From an uncultured delta proteobacterium (lineage in GTDB: Bacteria; Myxococcota_A; Polyangia; Fen-1088), in NCBI GenBank assembly GCA_963755125.1, contig CAVWIP010000010.1, forward strand, positions 64,001 to 128,000: a stretch of DNA of 64,000 nt, written 5' to 3'. Below, piece by piece: positions 37,982 to 50,779 of this stretch (its first letter is position 1; every line of letters starts with the position of its first letter). Under the pieces are notes generated by a model. It searched no databases, was not told where the DNA came from, and saw only the letters and a program-made list of their open reading frames with translations. Both the position numbers and the translations under genes were made by a program.

Positions 37982-38724
37982 ATGGGCCTGATGGATCTCT
38001 TCTCCAAGGAAAAGCGTGAGGAACGCGCGCTGGCCAACCTCATCCGGCGCGCGACGCACAAGTACTTGCAATCGCCCGAGCGCTACAAGGCCATGGAGGG
38101 GCTGGCCAACGAAGGCTCGGATGCAGCCCTCTACGGCCTGCTGTGCCGGTTCGGCATGGTGTACGACAAGTCCATCGAGGACGAACAGGAGAAGGAGTGG
38201 GTCTTCGACACCGTGGCAGCCAAAGGCCGGGCGGCCCTGCCGGCGGTCAAGCGCTACCTGCGCTCCGCGGATTCGGTGTCGTGGCCGCTGCGCCTGCTAC
38301 CCAAGGTGGCCAGCAAGGAAGAGGAATTCGCCATCGTCGAGGAAGTCCTGGCCGAGCACGAGCCGGGCTACGAACGCGACCCGACCAAGAAGATTCAGCT
38401 CCTGCGCCATCTTGGCCAGCAGAAAGAACCAAGGGCGCCGTCGCTGGTGGCGCCCTATCTAGGGGACATGGACGAGGGCGTGCGCTTCGCCGCGGCGGAG
38501 AGCCTGCTGCGCCTGAAGAACGAAGAGGTGGCGCGCGAGGCGCTGCTGCAGATTTTTGTTTCCGACACCGAAGAGAGCTTGCGCCTGCGCATCCGCATCG
38601 CCCAGGGATTCGCCGAACTGGGCTGGCTGGTGCACGGTCACCGGGGTGGCGTGGAAAAGAAACTGCCCGAGGGGTTCCAACTCGACCGCGAGGGCCACAT
38701 CCTTGACCGGAAGCAATCCGAGTA

Positions 38725-38725
<1 letters not shown>
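37982..38725 (+). CDS. HEAT-repeat protein
   Basis: Helical repeats ([30 protein letters not shown]); TAATG coupling to carB. Confidence 0.75.
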
Positions 38726-42100
<3,375 letters not shown>

Positions 42101-42108
<8 letters not shown>

Positions 42109-42592
42109 CAGAATTCCGATGACCCCACGCGGGGTGAAGAAGCTGCGCGAGGAGTTGAAGCGACTGCGCGAGGTGGAGCGTCCCAAGAATGTGCAGGACA
42201 TCGAAATCGCGCGCGCCCACGGCGACCTTTCGGAAAACGCCGAATTTCACGCCGCCAAGGAACGGCAGAGCTTCATCGAGGGCCGCTCGCGCGAGATCGA
42301 CAGCATCCTGGCCCAGGCCGAGATCATCGACCCCGCCAAGCTGTCCGGCGATCGCGTGGTCTTCGGCGCCACGGTTCGCCTGACCGACACGGATTCGGGC
42401 GAGGAAACCAGCTACAGCATCGTGGGTGACTACGAGGGCGACATCAAGGAAGGCCGCCTCGCCATATCGGCTCCGCTGGCGCGCGCGCTCATCGGTCGCG
42501 AAAAAGGCGACACGATCAGCTTGCGCACGGGCAAGGGCACCCGCGAGTACCAGATCGCGGACATCCAGTTCCTTCCGGTGCAAGACGCCTGA
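42101..42592 (+). CDS. greA: Transcription elongation factor GreA
   Basis: [38 protein letters not shown]; the usual carB-greA linkage. Confidence 0.97.
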
Positions 42593-42597
42593 TTGAC

Positions 42598-43218
42598 ATG
42601 CCGGGAATCGAAGTCGTATTCCTCGACCTGGGCAATGTCCTTGCCTTTCACGACGACGACGTGCTTTGCCGCCGGCTGTCCCAGTACGGCGGAGCCCCAC
42701 CCGAAGTGATCCGCGAACGCCTGCTGGCTCTGTGGGATCCCTTGAACCGTGGAGTTCTGGCGGGAGACGAACTTCGGCGCGCCGTGTGCCAGGCCTCGGG
42801 AGCGAGCAAGGTCATGAACGCAGAGACTTTTCTCGAAGTCTGGACCTGCTATTTCCGCATCCACCATGACGTCTTGCCGATGGTGGAAGCGCTTTGGGGT
42901 CGCGTCCAGCTCGCGCTCATCTCCAACACCAACGAGATTCAGTGGCGCTTCCTGCGGCCGCAGCTTCCCTTGCTCGAGCGCTTCAGCGCCCACGTGCTGT
43001 CCTACCAACTCGGGCTGGCCAAGCCAGACCCCGAGATCTTTCGCACGGCGCTCCGCCGCGTCGGCTGCCCAGCCGAGGCTTGCGCTTTCTTCGACGACCT
43101 GCCCGCCTTCGTGGATGCCGCCTGTGCGCTCGGCATCCGGGGCGAGGTCTTCACCACCGCCGCCAATTTCCGCGTCCAGCTCGCACGGCTGGGACTACCT
43201 GTCTCAGTCCGTCTCTAG
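42598..43218 (+). CDS. HAD-family phosphatase (YihX-like)
   Basis: FLDLGNV, ISNTN, KPDPEIF, FFDD. Confidence 0.88.
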   Translation: MPGIEVVFLDLGNVLAFHDDDVLCRRLSQYGGAPPEVIRERLLALWDPLNRGVLAGDELRRAVCQASGASKVMNAETFLEVWTCYFRIHHDVLPMVEALWGRVQLALISNTNEIQWRFLRPQLPLLERFSAHVLSYQLGLAKPDPEIFRTALRRVGCPAEACAFFDDLPAFVDAACALGIRGEVFTTAANFRVQLARLGLPVSVRL

Positions 43219-43566
43219 CAGGTCGGCGGCGGCTCCCGCATCGAGCGCGGTATCCACTGCGCCGTCGGCCGCGACCGGCGCATCCTCGCTGGCGGCGTCT
43301 TCTGCCACAGCGGAACCGTCGCTGGCTGCGTCTGGCGTCGAAACCGGGCCGGCTGCGTCCTGGCCCGTGCTGCCCCCTGAGCCTGGGGTGGAAACGGGAC
43401 TGCACACGCCATTGCCGGGTGACCCGGTTTGCGCGCAGTAGAGACCGCCCGCGCAGTCCTGGTCAATCTGACAACGATCGCCTTCCCCCTGGGTGCACCC
43501 GCCACAAAGCGCGAAGGCGCCCGCGAGAGCACAGACCATAGTCATCGTTCGAAAGCTCGACTGCAT
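43204..43566 (-). CDS. Small Cys-rich lipoprotein
   Basis: Hydrophobic signal with GGC lipobox; EGDRCQIDQDCAGGLYC...C; DAA/DAG-rich tail. Confidence 0.65.
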   Translation of the reverse strand: MQSSFRTMTMVCALAGAFALCGGCTQGEGDRCQIDQDCAGGLYCAQTGSPGNGVCSPVSTPGSGGSTGQDAAGPVSTPDAASDGSAVAEDAASEDAPVAADGAVDTALDAGAAADLLETD

Positions 43567-43638
43567 GGGTTCGTGGGTTAGCACGGGCACCTGCGTTTGT
43601 GAAGGCCGGAAGATTCGGCCTCATGCTAGCCTGCGTCC

Positions 43639-45465
43639 ATGGGACGTCGTCCGATTCTGATCGTGGTCGTGTCCGTCTTGGCTTGCGTCGGGACGCTCAG
43701 CTTGCGGGCCGCAGAAAAGGCCACTCACAACCTCTCTTCGGTCGAGCGCGAGGCGCGCGCCTTTCTTGCAACCATGACCGGCCTCTTGCAGCCGCTCAAC
43801 ACGGTGGCCAACCAGGCGGCCTGGACCGCCGCTACCGAGGTCAGTCCCGAGCATACGGCAGCGCGAGCCTCCACCGAGAAAGCGGCTGCGGCGGTTATCG
43901 GCTCCAAGCTGGTCATTGAACGGACCGGCGCTCTGCTGGCCAAACCAAGCGAGCTGTCTGATCTCACTCTGCGCCAGCTGCGCAAGCTGCAACTGGCCGC
44001 GGCCGAGAACCCTGGAACCATTCCCGAGGTGGTCAGCCAGCGCATCGAGGCCGAGGCCCGCCAGTCGGCTGTGCTCGACGGCTACACCTTTTGTCTGCAA
44101 CCCGTGGCCGGCGGAAAGTGTGGCCGGCCCACCTCGGCAAACGAAATCGACCAGATTCTGCGCCATTCGCGCGTGCTGGCCGATCGCGAGCGCGCCTGGT
44201 TGGCGTCCAAGGAGATCGGCCGCCCGCTCAAGCCAGGGCTGGTGGAGTTGCAGGCCCTGCGCAACCAGATCGCGCGCGCCATGGGCTACCCATCGTTCGT
44301 CGGCCTGCAGGTGGCCGACTACGGCATGACGATCGACGAGATGATGGCGCTGATGGACGCCACGCTGGAGGCGTCAAAGCCGCTCTTCGACGGGCTGCAC
44401 TGCCTTGCGAAACACGCTCTCGCCGATCGATATGGAAAGTCAGTACCCAGACTGATTCCCGCGCACTGGCTGGGCAACCGCTGGGCACAGGAGTGGCCCG
44501 GCTTGGTCGAAGGCACCAGCCTGGATCCCTTGTTCAAGGGCAAGTCGCCCGAGTTCATCGTGCGCACTGCCGAGGATTTCTACGTGTCGCTGGGATTCCC
44601 GCGTCTGCCCGAGACGTTCTGGAAGAAGTCGGACCTCTTTCCGGTGCCGCCCAATTCGCCGCGCAAGAAGAACGCCCACGCCACCGCCTGGCACATCGAC
44701 GGCGAAAGCGACGTGCGCTCGCTCATGAGCGTGGAGCCGAACGCGCAGTGGTTCGGCACGGCCCACCACGAGCTGGGCCACATCTACTACTACCTCGCCT
44801 ACGCCACACCCGAGGTGCCCTACCTGCTGCGCGCCGGGGCCAACCGGGCCTTTCACGAGGCGGTGGGCGAGTTGGCGCGGCTGGCGAGCCAGCAGCCTGC
44901 CTATCTGCGCAAGCTCGGCCTCGTCCGCGCCGGGCAAGAGCCCGACGCCACGGCCGCGCTCCTGCAGTCGGCGCTGGAGTCGATCGTGTTCTTGCCCTTT
45001 GCCGCCGGCACCATGACCCACTTCGAATACGATCTGTACCAGCGCGATTTGCCAGTTGCCGAATGGCAAGACCGCTGGTGGCAATACGTCGCCACCTACC
45101 AGGGAGTACAACCGCCGGGCAAGCGCGCCCCCGATCTGTGCGACGCCTGCAGCAAGACCCACATCAACGACGATCCTGCGCAGTACTACGACTACGCCAT
45201 CGCCACCCTGATCAAGTTCCAGCTCCACGATCACATCTGCCGCAAGATCGTGAAGCAGGAACCACGCGCCTGCGACTACTCGGGCAGCGAGGAGGCCGGC
45301 CGCTTCCTGCGCGATATTCTCAAGCTGGGCGCCACGCGCGACTGGCGCAAGGTCATGCGCGAGGCCACCGGCGAGGACATCGGCCCGCGCGCCATGCTGG
45401 ATTTCTATCAGCCCGTGCTCGATGACCTAGCCAAGCGAAACCAGGGGCTAGATTGTTCGCGCTAG
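43639..45465 (+). CDS. Peptidase family M2 (ACE-like peptidyl-dipeptidase A)
   Basis: IPAHWLGNRWAQEW, HATAW, HHELGHIYY (HEXXH), GANRAFHEAVGE; signal peptide. Confidence 0.92.
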   Translation: MGRRPILIVVVSVLACVGTLSLRAAEKATHNLSSVEREARAFLATMTGLLQPLNTVANQAAWTAATEVSPEHTAARASTEKAAAAVIGSKLVIERTGALLAKPSELSDLTLRQLRKLQLAAAENPGTIPEVVSQRIEAEARQSAVLDGYTFCLQPVAGGKCGRPTSANEIDQILRHSRVLADRERAWLASKEIGRPLKPGLVELQALRNQIARAMGYPSFVGLQVADYGMTIDEMMALMDATLEASKPLFDGLHCLAKHALADRYGKSVPRLIPAHWLGNRWAQEWPGLVEGTSLDPLFKGKSPEFIVRTAEDFYVSLGFPRLPETFWKKSDLFPVPPNSPRKKNAHATAWHIDGESDVRSLMSVEPNAQWFGTAHHELGHIYYYLAYATPEVPYLLRAGANRAFHEAVGELARLASQQPAYLRKLGLVRAGQEPDATAALLQSALESIVFLPFAAGTMTHFEYDLYQRDLPVAEWQDRWWQYVATYQGVQPPGKRAPDLCDACSKTHINDDPAQYYDYAIATLIKFQLHDHICRKIVKQEPRACDYSGSEEAGRFLRDILKLGATRDWRKVMREATGEDIGPRAMLDFYQPVLDDLAKRNQGLDCSR

Positions 45466-46418
45466 AAACGGACCGTCTCGAACCTCACCAGATCCGCAAA
45501 GGCGGCGCAGCGGGATCGAATCGCCGTTTCATCCAGCGATCGGAAACGATCCAGGCTGAAGTCCTGGACGCAAAAGGAAGCCAGGACCGAGCCCACCACC
45601 AGCGCGGTACGAATCCCGGCCGGTGAGGTATCGCCGGTGCGGGCCAGCCAGCCCATGCAGCCGCCGGCGAAAGAGTCGCCAGCGCCCGTCGGGTCGACCA
45701 CGCTCTCCAGCGGAAACGCGGGCGCAGCGAACACGCCCGCTTCGCTGAAGAACAGCGCCCCGGCGTCGCCGCGCTTGATGACCACCGCGCCGGGACCCAT
45801 CTCACGAATCACACCGGCCGCCGCCGGTAGATTGTCCTTGCCTGAAAGCTGGCGAGCTTCTTCGTCGTTGAGCAGCACCATGTTCACCCGCTCGAGCACG
45901 CGCACAAGCTCGGATCGCTTGCCGCTGATCCAGAAGTTCATGGTGTCGCAAGCCACGAAGCGCGGGCGGCGCACCTGGCCCAGCACCTCAAGTTGCAGCA
46001 CGGGATCGATGTTGGCCAAAAATACGAACCCGCTGTCGGCGTAGGCCGGCGGCAGCTTGGGCCTGAAGGTCTCGAAGACGTTGAGCTGGGTATCGAGCGT
46101 GGTGCGATTGTTGAAATCCGCCGCGTAGCGACCGGCCCAGCGGAAGGTGCGGCCCGATGCCCGTTCCAGCCCGTCCAAATCGATGTTCCGGCTGCGCAGC
46201 AAGGCCTCGTGGTCCAGGGGAAAATCATTCCCCACCACGCCCACCAGGCGCACCGGCGCGAAGAACGAAGCGGCAAATGAAGCGTAGCACGCGGCGCCGC
46301 CCAGCACCTCGTCGCGCCGGCTGTTCTGGGTTTCGATGGTGTCGAGCGCCAACGACCCGACGACCAGCAACGGCGAGCCCGTAGCCTTGACGACGGTGCG
46401 GTCTGCATCTGCTTTCAC
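45462..46418 (-). CDS. PfkB-family carbohydrate/nucleoside kinase
   Basis: VVGSLALD, LGGA, VGVVGND, DPTGAGDSFAGG; AAGGAGG RBS before the GTG at 46418. Confidence 0.92.
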   Translation of the reverse strand: MKADADRTVVKATGSPLLVVGSLALDTIETQNSRRDEVLGGAACYASFAASFFAPVRLVGVVGNDFPLDHEALLRSRNIDLDGLERASGRTFRWAGRYAADFNNRTTLDTQLNVFETFRPKLPPAYADSGFVFLANIDPVLQLEVLGQVRRPRFVACDTMNFWISGKRSELVRVLERVNMVLLNDEEARQLSGKDNLPAAAGVIREMGPGAVVIKRGDAGALFFSEAGVFAAPAFPLESVVDPTGAGDSFAGGCMGWLARTGDTSPAGIRTALVVGSVLASFCVQDFSLDRFRSLDETAIRSRCAAFADLVRFETVRF

Positions 46419-46515
46419 GACAATGCCTCCTTGGGCGACGTGAGCCCTTGCTACCACGAAAAGGTGCTACGGCCGAAACCCCTCATCAGCCCATGGTGGA
46501 AACGCAAACTCACAG

Positions 46516-47874
46516 CTACCAGCCGGCAAAGAGCTGGGTGAAAAAGAGCGGCACCACCCCGCCCTCGGCCTGGCCCACGGCCACACCGATTCCCACGTGG
46601 GTCATGTCGGGGTTGAGAATGTTGGCGCGGTGGCTGGGACTTCCCATGAACCCGTGCTCGACCTCCGACGTCGAGAAAGCCCGCCCCACGTTCTCGGCCA
46701 GCGTGCGCGGAACCGGCGAGATTTGAGCGGCGCGCACGCGATCCACGGCGCTGCCGCTCTTGTCCGATACGTGAACCACTTCACCTGTGCGCGCCATCTC
46801 GCGGCTGTGGCCGCGGGCGATCTCCTGCAAACGGGCGTCGCGCTCGAGTTCTGGCAGGCCAGCGGCCCTGCGGTCGCGGTTGAGCAGGGCCAGCAACTCG
46901 CGCTCGGCCTCGGCCACGTCCTGACGCCGGGTCACCTCGTTGCCGGTGACGGCGATGTGCGCGGGCGGCTCCACGCCGCAGTACAAAGGAAAATTCGCCA
47001 GCACCGCTGGCCCGTGGCCATCATCGCCTTCGATCTCCAACTGGTACACGCCATCGCCTGAATCACACGCGACCGTGAACTCGAAACGACCCTTGCGCGC
47101 CGACATGGCCATATTGCGTACAGCTCCGCGCGGGCTGGCCAGCAAGACCGCGGGCTGGACAAAGCTACCGAGCAGCCGGCCCACCAGGGTCACGGTGCCC
47201 CGCGAGGGCAAACGCCGCGGCAGCGCCCGCAGTTCCAGGTTCTGTGGTTGCAGGGTCAAAACGACGATCAGTTCGTCCGCGCCACGCTTGACCCCCACGC
47301 CCATGCGGCGCCAATCGCCCATCTTGAAAACCCCTGGTACCTGCTTGCGCAGGTCAGCCACGAGCGACACGTCACCTCCGGGCGAGCTGCGCACCATGAC
47401 CATGTAGGGCTCCGGCTCGACGATACCGTAGTGGTGCAACAGGAACGCGACGGCGTCGAAGGCGGGCAGACGCTTGGCCACGGTGGCGCGCGCGATGTCC
47501 GTCGCCACCAGGTCCAGGCGGCCATCGCGCAAGGGCACGGGCGCACGGACCGAGACCGCCGCCCGCTGCACCTCGACCGCCACCTGTGCCATCAGGAGAT
47601 CGGTATCACGTCCCGCACGGATCTGACCCAGTGGCGGCGCCTGATACTCCTGGGCTGCCGGGCTGCTGGGAACCAGCTCAGGAGCAGCCGCCGCTCCAGC
47701 AGCATTCGCCCCTCTCGATCCAGTGCAAAGCACGGCACCGATGGGGATCAAAAACAACGCTCCACCACGCCGTGATAACACTCGACCATCCTTCCCCTTC
47801 GCAAGCCGCGAAGATTCTCTTGGAACGCCGGAACATGACAACCTCTCTTCCGGCCCTGGGACCTCCCCTCTCAC
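46516..47874 (-). CDS. CAP (SCP)-domain secreted protein
   Basis: LLNRDRRAAGLPEL..D..L..IARGHSREM, AENVG, FMGSPSHRANIL, VGIGV; start uncertain. Confidence 0.85.
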   Translation of the reverse strand: MRGEVPGPEERLSCSGVPRESSRLAKGKDGRVLSRRGGALFLIPIGAVLCTGSRGANAAGAAAAPELVPSSPAAQEYQAPPLGQIRAGRDTDLLMAQVAVEVQRAAVSVRAPVPLRDGRLDLVATDIARATVAKRLPAFDAVAFLLHHYGIVEPEPYMVMVRSSPGGDVSLVADLRKQVPGVFKMGDWRRMGVGVKRGADELIVVLTLQPQNLELRALPRRLPSRGTVTLVGRLLGSFVQPAVLLASPRGAVRNMAMSARKGRFEFTVACDSGDGVYQLEIEGDDGHGPAVLANFPLYCGVEPPAHIAVTGNEVTRRQDVAEAERELLALLNRDRRAAGLPELERDARLQEIARGHSREMARTGEVVHVSDKSGSAVDRVRAAQISPVPRTLAENVGRAFSTSEVEHGFMGSPSHRANILNPDMTHVGIGVAVGQAEGGVVPLFFTQLFAGW

Positions 47875-47944
47875 CCCTGTGCTCTCGGCGGCGGGTGGTT
47901 GACGAGCTTAATAGTCTCGCCCCCTTTGGTTCCGCCCGTGAGTC

Positions 47945-49336
47945 CTACGGCTTCTTGGCCGGCTTCTTCTCGGCAGTCTTGCCGGCCAGCTCCGTCTTGC
48001 CCTCGACCTTCTTGCCGCCCTTGGCCGGGCCCTCCTTGGCCGCTGGCAACTCTCCCTTCTCGTCGACGAACACGATCTCGCCGAACCGATCCAGTTTGTG
48101 GAAGTCGCCAACCATCGGCGCCGACCAGCCCAGCGCCGTCTGGGACTTGGCGTCCTTGGGCGAATCCATGCGGAACATGTTGAGGCGCCACTTGTCGCCC
48201 AGCGCCGGCGGAACCTTGACACCGTTGCTGTCCAGTCCGTTCACGTCCGCGAGCGGCAGCGCCATCTCCACCGTCCAGCCCTTGTCCTGATCGTCGCGCT
48301 TGTTGAGCGTGCCGTCGACCTTGACCGCCGCCTTCAACTTCGAGTTCCAGTCATAGGGCTTGCGCTTGGGATCCAAGCTGTCCTCGTACTTGCGGTAGGT
48401 GGGCAGATAGGTGTCGAAGATGGTGCCGTTGGGAGCCACCTGCAGCTCGATGTAGCCCTTGCCGTCACCGTTGGCGTCGATCATCACCTCGTCCATCTCC
48501 TGGGTCCACAGCTTGGAGTCGCGCTCGGTGAGCGTGCCCCAGATGTCGGTGTCGACGTTCTCGAACGCAATGTAGAGGTTCTGGTTATCCCAAAGCAGCT
48601 TGGCCTCGGTGTTGGGCTGCGCCGGCTCACCGGTCATGGTGTTCACGAACAATCCGGTTGAAGGGGCGGCCTTCCACGCGGCCTCGTCCAGCTTGCCGTC
48701 AAGCTTGATGGGCTTGGACGTCTTGCGCACCAGATACCGTTTGAGCGCGGGTGGCTCCTTGAGCTGAACCGGGACGGTCGCGGCCACAACACGATCCTCG
48801 TCACGCGGCCCGGACTTGATGGCCATACGCTCGTGCCCCCGCCACAGCCCCACGTACACGCTGAAACTGTTGAAGGCCCAACTCGGCGGCAGACGGAACG
48901 AGTGCTGGTCGCGGATGATGTCGCCCGCCTTCCAGCGCGTCACCGGGTACTTGCCGCTGACGGGTCCGTGGTCGACGTTGATGAAGCCCTGCTTGTTGGG
49001 GCCGCTGATATGGGTGAACAGCCTCCAGCCGTCGCTGGGCGCGGACTTCACCTTCCAATAGTGGGTCAGATGAACGTCCTTGCCGGGCTCCGCCGGATTC
49101 GGGGCCACGTCCATGCCGAGATACTCGACCTTGCCGTCCAGATCCGCGTGCGTCGCGAACTGCGGCGTGGGGTCGGAGGCCAGCAGGTTCTTCCTGACGA
49201 ATTCCTCGTCCTCTTTGGTCGGCTTGTCATCGGCCTGCTCCACGCAGCCGAAAGCAAGGCCAGACAGGGTTGCGACGCAAAGCCAACGGTCAGCGCGCAG
49301 CCGGACTGCACACAGCGTTCCTGAGACTCGTGACAT
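47945..49336 (-). CDS. Lipoprotein with CBM9-like (DOMON-like) carbohydrate-binding domain
   Basis: Lipobox AFGC; IKLDGKLDEAAW, LLWD..NLYIAF, WTVEMALP, WRLNMFR, WSAP...FH. Confidence 0.82.
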   Translation of the reverse strand: MSRVSGTLCAVRLRADRWLCVATLSGLAFGCVEQADDKPTKEDEEFVRKNLLASDPTPQFATHADLDGKVEYLGMDVAPNPAEPGKDVHLTHYWKVKSAPSDGWRLFTHISGPNKQGFINVDHGPVSGKYPVTRWKAGDIIRDQHSFRLPPSWAFNSFSVYVGLWRGHERMAIKSGPRDEDRVVAATVPVQLKEPPALKRYLVRKTSKPIKLDGKLDEAAWKAAPSTGLFVNTMTGEPAQPNTEAKLLWDNQNLYIAFENVDTDIWGTLTERDSKLWTQEMDEVMIDANGDGKGYIELQVAPNGTIFDTYLPTYRKYEDSLDPKRKPYDWNSKLKAAVKVDGTLNKRDDQDKGWTVEMALPLADVNGLDSNGVKVPPALGDKWRLNMFRMDSPKDAKSQTALGWSAPMVGDFHKLDRFGEIVFVDEKGELPAAKEGPAKGGKKVEGKTELAGKTAEKKPAKKP

Positions 49337-49478
49337 CGATGCTCTCCCTTTCCTAGCCGGTCAGAATGCGATCTCTTCGGACCCTGACCGGCGGGCCTTC
49401 TTCTACTGGAGACACGACGGATTTGCAAACCCTGGGCTCCGTCCGCCGACCCGCGAAGCGATGCTCGCCCTTCGGATT

Positions 49479-49727
49479 CTATCTTTTCGGCTGGGCGACC
49501 ACGCGGACCCTGGGTTGCTCGCCGATCTCGTTTATCAGGATGGGAACCCCATCCTCGAAACAGCCCGCCGAGAACGCATCGGAGGCCGCCTTGAGCGCGA
49601 GATCGAGCGAACCATGGACGCCCACCAGCCGGCGGCCACACACGACGGCGAATTGCCCGGCGTACCGCTCCAGCAAAGCATGCTTGCAGGTGTCGAAGAA
49701 GCGAGTTTCCTCTTGTGCGGAGAGCAT
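49479..49727 (-). CDS. Small hypothetical protein (DUF5678-like)
   Basis: FF...K..LLERYAGQFAVV.G..LVG.H.S...A pattern; 82 aa. Confidence 0.55.
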   Translation of the reverse strand: MLSAQEETRFFDTCKHALLERYAGQFAVVCGRRLVGVHGSLDLALKAASDAFSAGCFEDGVPILINEIGEQPRVRVVAQPKR

Positions 49728-49760
49728 GCCCCCAGCGTGGGGGCATGCCCTGCTCCCGTC

Positions 49761-49798
49761 AAAAAAACCGCATCTTGCGCGCCCGGGCGCGGGGATGC
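49761..49798 (-). terminator. Rho-independent terminator
   Basis: Minus strand GCATC-CC-CGCGCCCGGGCGCG-CAA-GATGC followed by GGTTTTTTT, immediately after the stop at 49800. Confidence 0.75.
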
Positions 49799-49799
49799 T

Positions 49800-50588
49800 T
49801 CAGATCTTTATGCCCGCCAGCGGATCGTTGTCCAACTTCTTCTTGTGCGGCAACTGCGGAACTGCAGAAGGCTCGGCGCTCGGTTTGGGAGCGGTCGATG
49901 CCGAAACCGCCGCATGCCGCCCGCCTAACGGTCTGTGCCGGCTTCGGCTGCTTGAGGGAGTGGAAACCGGAGACGGCGCGGGCGCCACGGCCGCGGTCGC
50001 AGCCGGCGCGACGGCTGCCGCGGCAGTTGTCGGTGCCGCCGCGGCCTTGGCCTCACATGCCTTGAGCTTGATCTGCGCTTGCCGCTCCGCCAGCGCCGAC
50101 GCCTCCACGGCTTGAACGCGCGCTTCCTCAACACGCCGTATACTCGCGTCCTTCTCGGCCATGAGAGCCTGCGTGTCGTTCTGGAGTTTCACGTAGCCAG
50201 CGCCGGCCGCGCCCAGAAGCAGAACGGCCACCACGATGGCCGGCTTGGCTGACGATGTCGGCCGTGCCATCTGGGCAAAGGCCGCCGCATCGACTGGCGC
50301 GTCCCATGTGGCTGCCACGGGTCCCGGCTGGCCGAAGCCAGCCGCCGCGACCCTGGCCGTCCCGCCCATGCCAGTCTGGACTCCTGCCCGCGTCCCCTTC
50401 GCCGCCAGAGCCACGTCTGACCGCGGTGGCGGCGTGACCTGATCTCCCATGGGGTCCGGCCTCGCGGCCGCTGCCTTCTGGGAACGGCCGTTGCCGCCAC
50501 CGGCCGAATGGCCCTTCTTTCGCCGCTCCCTTCTGAGCCGGCGCAGTTCATTTAATGAGGTGAGTACTGAGTCCTCGGTCGCGGGCAT
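49800..50588 (-). CDS. Hypothetical bitopic protein with coiled coil
   Basis: GGAGGT RBS; SVLTSLNELRRL N-terminus; TM segment AIVVAVLLLGAAGAGY; coiled coil; C-terminal DNDPLAGI. Confidence 0.7.
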   Translation of the reverse strand: MPATEDSVLTSLNELRRLRRERRKKGHSAGGGNGRSQKAAAARPDPMGDQVTPPPRSDVALAAKGTRAGVQTGMGGTARVAAAGFGQPGPVAATWDAPVDAAAFAQMARPTSSAKPAIVVAVLLLGAAGAGYVKLQNDTQALMAEKDASIRRVEEARVQAVEASALAERQAQIKLKACEAKAAAAPTTAAAAVAPAATAAVAPAPSPVSTPSSSRSRHRPLGGRHAAVSASTAPKPSAEPSAVPQLPHKKKLDNDPLAGIKI

Positions 50589-50779
50589 ATGCTACCTCCC
50601 ATGTCGAATGGACGGCCGCCTTGGGACGACCAGCATAACTAAGCACAGGCTAACGGCCACGCCCATCCGTGGATACCAGGCCGCGGTCCTCTTCCCCGAC
50701 GTGAACATATTAGCTTAGCACGAAATCGCGCATGATTCCCCACAGATCGGAAGCGCTGGATGACGCACCTGATCGCAGG

